64,000 nt of DNA from NCBI GenBank assembly GCA_964605225.1, contig CAZSAY010000002.1:1748-65747 (forward strand), read 5' to 3'. The position numbers and the translations under genes are program-made. Source of the DNA: an uncultured Thermodesulfobacteriota bacterium. GTDB taxonomy: Bacteria > Desulfobacterota > GWC2-55-46 > JADFVP01. Positions within the stretch are counted from its first letter, which is position 1. Each line of letters starts with the position of its first letter. Positions 29,835 to 36,923 of the stretch are shown piece by piece. The notes below the pieces were generated by a model. It searched no databases, was not told the origin of the DNA, and saw only the letters and a program-made list of their open reading frames with translations.

Positions 29835-29965
29835 GGCTCTTGGGCGTATATAAAGAGAGTTGGGCGTATAGAAAAAGACAGGCTCTTGGGCGTATATAAA
29901 GAGAGTTGGACGCATAACAAAAGGGCGGGCTCTTGAGCGTATATAAAGAGAGTTGGACGTACTCT
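29835..29965 (+). repeat. 3x tandem 46-47 bp repeat carrying six copies of the 11-mer TTGGRCGYATA in the leuA-leuC spacer
   Basis: Repeat units begin at 29835, 29881 and 29928 (GGCTCTTGGGCGTATATAAAGAGAGTTGGGCGTATAG...). The 11-mers start at 29840, 29860, 29886, 29906, 29933 and 29953, giving spacings of 20/26/20/27/20 nt. Confidence 0.9.
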
Positions 29966-30017
29966 TAACCAACCCATTCAATAATTTATATATAACCGTA
30001 AAATCAGAGGTTTACAT

Positions 30018-31301
30018 ATGGCTTCCATGACAATAACCGAAAAAATTCTCGCTTCTCACGCAGGCTCTAAAGTTGTCGAGCCAGGCGAGCTTATTAACGC
30101 AAAGGTAGACATCGCCCTTGGTAACGACATTACGGCCCCCATAGCCATAAGGGGCTTTGAGGGCACTGGCGCGAAGAAGGTCTTTAATAGAAACAGAGTG
30201 GTCCTTGTCCCGGACCACTTTACCCCTAATAAAGACATCAAATCCGCCGAGCAGGTAAAGGTCCTCCGTGAGTTTGCTAAAAAACATCACCTCAGCCACT
30301 ACTACGAGGGCGGAGATGTTGGCGTGGAGCACGCGCTACTGCCTGAGCGCGGCGTAGTCGTGCCCGGCGACCTTGTCATCGGCGCGGACTCCCATACCTG
30401 CACCTACGGCGGTCTCGGGGCCTTTTCCACGGGAGTGGGCTCAACAGACCTTGCCGCTGTCATGATTACAGGTGAGCTCTGGTTCAAGGTCCCGGAATCC
30501 ATGAAGTTCGTCTTTCACGGCAGGCTCCGTAAATGGGTTACGGGAAAAGACCTTATCCTTCATGTTATAGGTAAAATCGGTGTAGACGGCGCCCTTTACA
30601 AGGCCATGGAGTTTTGCGGTAATACCATAAACCGCCTATCCATGGAGAGCAGGCTCTCCATGTGTAATATGGCCATTGAGGCAGGCGCTAAAAACGGTAT
30701 AATCGCCCCTGACGAGATTACTGAAAAATATGTAAAGACCCGGGCGGAGCGGCGCTACAAGTTCTACGCCAGCGACGTGGACGCAAGATACTCCGATATA
30801 ATAGAGATTGATACAAAGTCCATAGAGCCGCAGGTGGCACTGCCCTCCTTACCAGAGAACACTAAGAACGTGAGCGAGCTTGGCCGCATCACCATAGACC
30901 AGAGCATAATCGGCTCGTGCACTAACGGCCGTATAGAAGACCTGGAGGTGGCGGCAAAGATTCTGAAGGGTAAAAAAGTAGCCCCCTATGTAAGGCTCAT
31001 AATACTCCCCGCAACTCCAATGATATACAAAGAGGCCCTCAAAAGGGGATACTTTCAGATATTTACAGAGGCCGGGGCGATTATCAGCCCTCCCACATGC
31101 GGGCCCTGTCTCGGCGGACATATGGGCATACTCGCCGCCGGGGAGCGCGCCATATCCACTACAAACAGAAACTTCGTGGGCCGTATGGGAGACCCGAAGA
31201 GCGAGGTATTCCTCTCTAACCCCGCTGTAGCCGCGGCATCGGCCATAAAAGGCTATATCGCGCACCCTGACGAGGTAATGGGCAAAAAAAAGGCCGCCTG
31301 A
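30018..31301 (+). CDS. leuC: 3-isopropylmalate dehydratase large subunit
   Basis: Aconitase-family motifs GADSHT and GSCTNGR, plus CGPCLG. 427 aa. Confidence 0.95.
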   Translation: MASMTITEKILASHAGSKVVEPGELINAKVDIALGNDITAPIAIRGFEGTGAKKVFNRNRVVLVPDHFTPNKDIKSAEQVKVLREFAKKHHLSHYYEGGDVGVEHALLPERGVVVPGDLVIGADSHTCTYGGLGAFSTGVGSTDLAAVMITGELWFKVPESMKFVFHGRLRKWVTGKDLILHVIGKIGVDGALYKAMEFCGNTINRLSMESRLSMCNMAIEAGAKNGIIAPDEITEKYVKTRAERRYKFYASDVDARYSDIIEIDTKSIEPQVALPSLPENTKNVSELGRITIDQSIIGSCTNGRIEDLEVAAKILKGKKVAPYVRLIILPATPMIYKEALKRGYFQIFTEAGAIISPPTCGPCLGGHMGILAAGERAISTTNRNFVGRMGDPKSEVFLSNPAVAAASAIKGYIAHPDEVMGKKKAA

Positions 31302-31472
31302 AGGGGGGGTAATTGTACCCCGTTGCAGGGCGTCTCAGATGGGGCGGATTTATAAGAAGCGTGCTCTTACAAAGTTTAATTGAGGACGGCTCTTTTTTGG
31401 GGGCTCTTGGGGGAGTAAGCACGGTTACAGGACTTTAAGAAAAAAAGCTTATGCCGGGGATTCAGGGGTTAC

Positions 31473-32129
31473 ATGAGAGATCGCGGCAATGTTAGAAAAA
31501 AATCCCGCACCCTTAACTTCGATTTAATCGCGCCTTTTTATGACCTCGGCATATGGTTAGTCGCCCTTTTTCTCGGTGGTGAAAAGAGGCTGAGAGAGGA
31601 GTTTTTAAAAGAGGCCATGCCCCTTGAGGGTAAAAAAACAATCGAGCTCTTTGCCGGTACGGCAACGCTCTCGCTTATGGCCTCCAAGTACGGCGCCCGC
31701 TCTGTAGCAACGGATTTAAGCGCCCCCATGTTGAGGGTGGCCGCTGTAAAATCAAAAAAACAGGGTCTGCCACTTGGCCTTGTAAGGAGCGATTCAGCTT
31801 GTCTGCCTTTTCGTGATGGATCTTTTCAACTCGTCCTTATCTCAATGGGACTACACGAAGTAGATGCGAAAAAGGCAGAGGCCGCTATCTCTGAGACGGC
31901 CCGTCTCCTCGAACGTGGGGGCCGTATTGTTATAGAAGACTATCATAACGCCACAGGTTTTACAGGCTTCATGGAGCGGTTCTTTTTTATGTTTACAGAA
32001 GGTAATGAGGTCAGGGAGTGGTTAAACTCCGATATACAGGGTGTATTGAGGTCCAGGGGGTTTAAGAATTTTAGAAGAAAATTTATTCATAAGGGGCTCT
32101 TACAGCTTATTACAGCCGAAAAGACTTGA
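31473..32129 (+). CDS. Class I SAM-dependent methyltransferase inserted between leuC and leuD
   Basis: Motif I-like IELFAGTATLS, acidic motif VATDLS, and post-I LPFRDGSFQLVL (Methyltransf_11-like). Confidence 0.7.
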   Translation: MRDRGNVRKKSRTLNFDLIAPFYDLGIWLVALFLGGEKRLREEFLKEAMPLEGKKTIELFAGTATLSLMASKYGARSVATDLSAPMLRVAAVKSKKQGLPLGLVRSDSACLPFRDGSFQLVLISMGLHEVDAKKAEAAISETARLLERGGRIVIEDYHNATGFTGFMERFFFMFTEGNEVREWLNSDIQGVLRSRGFKNFRRKFIHKGLLQLITAEKT

Positions 32130-32295
32130 GACCTTCTGCTTTCTTTTGGAAAAAAGAAAGCTTGGCAAAGAAAACCAATAGGGGATCGGTAGGGCCACTA
32201 ACGTCACTTGTGGCTACCCTTGGATACTACCGTTGCCATGGCAAGAAAACCAATATGTGGCGGGCCTCAAAACAGAGACAGAAAAGGAGCGATCA

Positions 32296-32790
32296 ATGAA
32301 GTTCAGGGGCAAGGTCTGGAGATACGGATCTGACATAGACACGGACAGGATAATCCCGGCGAGGTATCTCAATACCTCGGACCCGGCGGAGCTTGCCACG
32401 CACTGCATGGAAGATGAGGACGCGGCCTTCAGCTCAGAGGTAAAAAAAGGTGATATCATCCTTGCGGCAAAGAACTTCGGATGCGGCTCATCAAGGGAAC
32501 ACGCCCCCATTGCCATTAAGGCGAGCGGCGTCTCCTGTGTCATTGCCGAGAGTTTCGCGAGAATCTTTTTTAGAAATTCCTATAACATGGGGCTTCCAAT
32601 ACTCGAATCAGCAGAGGCGCACGCCGCCTCGAAAAAGGGCGATATCCTTGAGGTAGATATGGATAAGGGTATCATACGTAATATAACGAGAAAAAAAAGC
32701 TTCACGGCTTCACCCGTGCCTCCTTTCATGCAGGAGCTTTTAAAGTGCGGCGGGCTGCTTAAATCAATCAAAAAGAAGAAAAGGGGATAG
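32296..32790 (+). CDS. leuD: 3-isopropylmalate dehydratase small subunit
   Basis: MKFRGKVWRYGSDIDTDRIIPARYL...GCGSSREHAP. ATG 32296 lies 7 nt after AAAGGAG. Confidence 0.9.
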   Translation: MKFRGKVWRYGSDIDTDRIIPARYLNTSDPAELATHCMEDEDAAFSSEVKKGDIILAAKNFGCGSSREHAPIAIKASGVSCVIAESFARIFFRNSYNMGLPILESAEAHAASKKGDILEVDMDKGIIRNITRKKSFTASPVPPFMQELLKCGGLLKSIKKKKRG

Positions 32791-32794
32791 AAAG

Positions 32795-33016
32795 ATGAGA
32801 GAGGGAACAAGAAGCAGGATAATAGCAAGTGACAAACTTCATATAGAGAACAAAACCCTCTTTGTGGATCTGAGGGAGAACAGCAGAGGAAAGTTCATGC
32901 AGATAGCCGAACTTTCCAATGATAGAAAAAGCACCGTTGTCGTGCCTCTAAGCGGGCTTGAAGTCTTTATCGAGTCCCTGCAAAAGATATCTTCAAGCGA
33001 CGGTGATGACCTGTAA
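32795..33016 (+). CDS. PUR-like (Pur-alpha repeat / DUF3276-like) single-stranded nucleic-acid-binding protein
   Basis: 73 aa. KLHIENKTLFVDLRENSRGKFMQIAELSNDRKSTVVVPLSGLEVFIESLQKI matches the PUR repeat pattern (compare Pur-alpha [37 protein letters not shown]). The start is 4 nt after the leuD stop, with AAGGGG 8 nt upstream. Confidence 0.6.
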   Translation: MREGTRSRIIASDKLHIENKTLFVDLRENSRGKFMQIAELSNDRKSTVVVPLSGLEVFIESLQKISSSDGDDL

Positions 33017-33061
33017 GCATGAAGTGATGTTCAATTAATATACAACCCGGGAGATTATATT

Positions 33062-34249
33062 GTGAAGAGGTTTTCAGTTGCTGTGCTTAAAGGGGACGGT
33101 ATCGGGCCAGAGATTGTCGATGAGGCCCTTAAGACCCTTAAAGTCATAGGCAAAAAGTTTAATGTCTTCTGGACTATCGTCGAGGCGCCCGTAGGCGGGG
33201 CATCCATTGACGAGTTCGGCATACCCCTTACCGACGATGCCCTGAACCTTGCTTTCAGGAGCGATGCCGTACTCCTCGGGGCCGTTGGCGGGCCAAAGTG
33301 GGAAGGCCTTGATTACGCCGTTAGGCCCGAGAGGGCCCTCTTGAAGCTACGTAAAGAGCTCGCCCTCTTTGCCAATCTTAGACCAACAAAAATATACGAC
33401 TCCCTTATAGACGCATCATCGCTGAAGGCCGATTATATAAAGGGGGTTGATATTCTTGTGGTCAGGGAGCTTACAGGCGGCCTTTATTTCGGCGAGCCCC
33501 GTGGTGTGGAAACCCTTGACGATGGAAGAGAAAAGGGCATTAACACCATGAGTTATACCACGGATGAGATTGAGCGCATAGCCGTGGTGGCCTTTGAGGT
33601 TGCCATGCTTCGAAATAAAAAAGTCGTCAGTGTTGATAAGGCCAATGTCCTTGAATCAACTGAGCTATGGAGAAAGGTCGTAACAGAGGTAGGAAAAGAG
33701 TATCCCGAGGTGGAGCTCTCACATATGTACGTTGACAACTGCGCCATGCAACTCGTTCGAAACCCCAAGCAGTTTGACGTTATTGTTACGGAAAATACCT
33801 TTGGAGACATCCTCTCCGATGAGGCCTCCATGCTCACGGGCTCCATAGGGCTTATCCCTTCGGCCTCGCTGGGCCCTATCAGGAACCGATCCATGTATGA
33901 GCCCATTCACGGCTCCGCACCTGATATCGCGGGTCAGAATAAGGCAAACCCCCTTGCCACCATACTCTCATGCGCTATGATGATGAGGTATTCATTTAAT
34001 ATGGAAGAGCCTGCAACGGCCATAGAAGAGTGCGTTCAGCGCGTGCTTGAAGCGGGTTTCAGGACGGCAGATATATTTGATTCCTCCAAGACAGGTACAA
34101 AACTTGTATCCTGCTCCGAGATGGGAGACGCCGTTGTTGCGGAATTAAACAAGGTCGGCGGTGAGCCGCCTGAGCCCGAAAACATTACGGCCCCAGGTGA
34201 TGATAAAGAAGATCAACCGGCAAAACTAAAGGCAAAGACCCTTGATTGA
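33062..34249 (+). CDS. leuB: 3-isopropylmalate dehydrogenase (with roughly 35-aa acidic/Pro-rich C-terminal tail)
   Basis: [30 protein letters not shown]-type motif ([19 protein letters not shown]) and [12 protein letters not shown] start. Confidence 0.95.
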   Translation: MKRFSVAVLKGDGIGPEIVDEALKTLKVIGKKFNVFWTIVEAPVGGASIDEFGIPLTDDALNLAFRSDAVLLGAVGGPKWEGLDYAVRPERALLKLRKELALFANLRPTKIYDSLIDASSLKADYIKGVDILVVRELTGGLYFGEPRGVETLDDGREKGINTMSYTTDEIERIAVVAFEVAMLRNKKVVSVDKANVLESTELWRKVVTEVGKEYPEVELSHMYVDNCAMQLVRNPKQFDVIVTENTFGDILSDEASMLTGSIGLIPSASLGPIRNRSMYEPIHGSAPDIAGQNKANPLATILSCAMMMRYSFNMEEPATAIEECVQRVLEAGFRTADIFDSSKTGTKLVSCSEMGDAVVAELNKVGGEPPEPENITAPGDDKEDQPAKLKAKTLD

Positions 34250-34272
34250 GTTAGGGGTTCAGTCTTCTTAAG

Positions 34273-34309
34273 AAAAAAAGCCCACCTTTTAATTAAGGTG
34301 GGCTTTTTT
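34273..34309. terminator. Bidirectional intrinsic terminator between leuB and the helicase gene
   Basis: A7-GCCCACCTT-ttaatt-AAGGTGGGC-T6. The last helicase codons and its stop codon lie inside the hairpin. Confidence 0.8.
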
Positions 34310-36619
34310 ATTATCGTCCTGAATGTTCTCCCTTCTAAGCCATCTCTTCAGTATCAGTATGGCCCCACGCTTATCAAGGGGCTCGTTGCCGTTGCCGCAC
34401 CATGGGTCCTGTGTGCACGAGGGACATGATACCTCGCAGGGACATTCCTCCATGAGTTTCAATGTCGATTCGAACCATGACTCCACAAAGTGAAAGCCCC
34501 GTTCCGTTAGCCCTACGCCGCCCTCATGTCCGTCGTATATGAATATGGCCGCCGCCCCGAGCTCCTCGTTAAAGGGGTAGCTGATGCCCCCGAGATCCAT
34601 ACGGTCGCAGAGCGCGTACAGGGGAAGCGTAGCTATGGCCGAGTGCTCAAGGGCGTGTAGCGCGCCTCCTGTGCTGAATCCCTTTTCTCGCACCTCTTCG
34701 AGGATATCTTCATCTACCTCCATCCAGATACCCTTTGTAGTAAATATCGTTGGAGGTAGATCCAAGGGGAACTCGCCGAGGTTCACCTCCGTTGATATCT
34801 CCTTTCGCCTGTAACCCGTTACTTTTTCCTTTACACGGAGCCGGCCGTGAAATAGCTGAAGAGACTTCATGTACTTTCGGATGTCAATGGAAATTATCTT
34901 TGTTTCTTCATGTGTTATGGCAGTTGTATGATAATAGATATCATCAGCTTGAGTAACGGTTACCTCACAATTACCTGTATCAAGTTTTTTTACTCTATAG
35001 AGCGCGCCGCCGTGCATGTAAACGGCCCCCGGGTGAAGGTCGTGAAAGACCCGCTTCGAGCCCGACTCGCCGATAAGTTTTCCGGACTCGTTAATAATGC
35101 GGTATACGGCCCCGGAGGCGCGTATGGATATCTCTCTCTGGGGGTTTCTCGTTCTGGGGTACCAGATATCGCCCTTTTCCCAGTACCGCACCTTGCCTTC
35201 TTTCTGCAGAGAGTCAAGGAGGTTCCTGTGCCCGGGTATATCATAGACGGTATCCGTTGATTTTAAGATGGTCTCAGAGGCGGCGCATTGGAGATGGGGC
35301 TTTAATATTACGGGATTTTCCATATCCAGGACAGCCGCCTCCACGCTTCTCCTGAAAAAATCCTCGGGATAGCGCATGAAGTACTGGTCAAGGGCGTCTT
35401 CCATGGCAATGAGCGCTATGAGCGAGTCTTTTCCACTCCTTCCGGCCCTGCCGCCCCTTTGCCACGTGGAGTTAATGGTCCCGGGGTAGCCAACGAGTAT
35501 GCAGACATCAAGCCCGCCGATATCCACGCCAAGTTCAAGGGCGCTTGTGGTGATTACGCCCTGTAGCTCTCCTGAAAAGAGTTTCTTTTCTATTAAACGC
35601 CGCTCTTCAGGGAGAAAACCCGCCCGATAAGCGGATATTTTTTCCCGTAACTGAGGTGCGCCCTGAATGACCCATGAGTGCAAGAGCTCCGTAATTTTGC
35701 GGGCCTTTGTAAAGGCGATGGTGCGAAAACCACTTGCAAGAGAGAGGGTAAAGAGCTTTGTGGCAATTGTATAGGGGCTCTGCCCCGAGGCGGGGTTGAT
35801 GAAGAGAAAATTACGTTTTCCAGAAGGCGCCCCGTTTTTATCTATAAGCTCATAAGGAAGGCCCGTAAGCATTGTTGCAAGCTCCACGGCGTTGGCGATG
35901 GTGGCGGAGCAGCATATGAACTGCGGCCTTACCCCGTAGTGATGTAGAATCCTCAGTAATCTTCTAAAGACGTTTGCCACGTGAGAGCCGAATACGCCGC
36001 GGTAGGTGTGTACCTCGTCTATGACAACGTACCTCAGTCTCTTGAAAAACGCCTCCCACTGCTGATGATAGGCGTTCATGGAAAGGTGTATCATATCGGG
36101 GTTTGTAAGGAGCAGGGCAGGGGGGTTCTCACGTATTTTTTTTCTCCTGTACGAGGTGGTGTCGCCGTCGTATATCTCCGAGATACCCACGGGACGGCCC
36201 CTTTTTTTTGCGCCTTTCGTGCCGCCTTGAGGCTCACCTGCCATGCCTTTTGCAACCTCCCTGAAGGCCCTCTGCTGGTCATGTAGGAGGCCTTTAAGGG
36301 GTGAGATGTAAAGTGCGGTGGCGGATGGGTCGTCATGTAAGGCCTGCAGTATGGGTATCTGGTAGATAAGGGATTTTCCGCTTGCCGTTGGGGTCATTAA
36401 AACGATATTACCCCCGGCAAGGAGGGCTGAAATGCCCTCGGATTGATGAATATAGGGCTCCTTTAGGCCCTTTTTAGCAAGTTTTTCTATTATTGATTTT
36501 GAGATACCCTCGGGCCATGAACCAGATATAATACGCCGCGCACTAATGACCTCATGGTGAGCCACATCGTTAAAATTACGGCTCTTTTTTATCTCTTCTG
36601 TAAATGTCTTTATATCCAT
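34289..36619 (-). CDS. DEAD/DEAH-box helicase with C-terminal DUF1998/MZB zinc domain (MrfA/YprA-like)
   Basis: Motif I TPTASGKS, motif II VVIDEVHTY, motif III CSAT. The C-terminus has LHALEHS and a four-Cys cluster, CPCEVSCPSCTQDPWCGNGNEPLDK. I chose ATG 36619 (MDIKTF...); the track start is 36649. Confidence 0.8.
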   Translation of the reverse strand: MDIKTFTEEIKKSRNFNDVAHHEVISARRIISGSWPEGISKSIIEKLAKKGLKEPYIHQSEGISALLAGGNIVLMTPTASGKSLIYQIPILQALHDDPSATALYISPLKGLLHDQQRAFREVAKGMAGEPQGGTKGAKKRGRPVGISEIYDGDTTSYRRKKIRENPPALLLTNPDMIHLSMNAYHQQWEAFFKRLRYVVIDEVHTYRGVFGSHVANVFRRLLRILHHYGVRPQFICCSATIANAVELATMLTGLPYELIDKNGAPSGKRNFLFINPASGQSPYTIATKLFTLSLASGFRTIAFTKARKITELLHSWVIQGAPQLREKISAYRAGFLPEERRLIEKKLFSGELQGVITTSALELGVDIGGLDVCILVGYPGTINSTWQRGGRAGRSGKDSLIALIAMEDALDQYFMRYPEDFFRRSVEAAVLDMENPVILKPHLQCAASETILKSTDTVYDIPGHRNLLDSLQKEGKVRYWEKGDIWYPRTRNPQREISIRASGAVYRIINESGKLIGESGSKRVFHDLHPGAVYMHGGALYRVKKLDTGNCEVTVTQADDIYYHTTAITHEETKIISIDIRKYMKSLQLFHGRLRVKEKVTGYRRKEISTEVNLGEFPLDLPPTIFTTKGIWMEVDEDILEEVREKGFSTGGALHALEHSAIATLPLYALCDRMDLGGISYPFNEELGAAAIFIYDGHEGGVGLTERGFHFVESWFESTLKLMEECPCEVSCPSCTQDPWCGNGNEPLDKRGAILILKRWLRRENIQDDNKKAHLN

Positions 36620-36758
36620 TTCTATATGACCTCGTGAAAAATATAACATGTTTAAACTATCTTTGCACGGTGGAGACCTGTCTCTGCTCTGTATGAGAAA
36701 AGACGGGCTTCTCTTTAAAAAAATCAGAAACTGACCTTCAACCTGCCCTTTTCAGGGT

Positions 36759-36788
36759 ATTGACGCGCCCTGACGATTTATGATATAA
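36759..36788 (+). promoter_or_regulatory. Putative sigma70 promoter (TTGACG-18-TATAAA) for the SBBP gene
   Basis: TTGACG at 36759-36764 and TATAAA at 36783-36788. Confidence 0.4.
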
Positions 36789-36923
36789 AAAATGTAAGTA
36801 TTTAAATTAGCGGCTTTTTTAGCCTTTTCCTTTTTTTTCTCAAGTTTAGAGGGGAAGGGATACATGTTATTTGCGGCTAAAGTTTTATTACGTTTTTGAA
36901 ATCTTTTAAGGGAGAAGTGCACC

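Noticed and set aside
29835-29965. Could the leuA-leuC tandem repeat be a mini-CRISPR array?
   Set aside because: There are only three units, and the segments between the conserved parts are themselves homologous rather than unique spacers. No cas genes or leader are present, and the array sits inside a biosynthetic operon.
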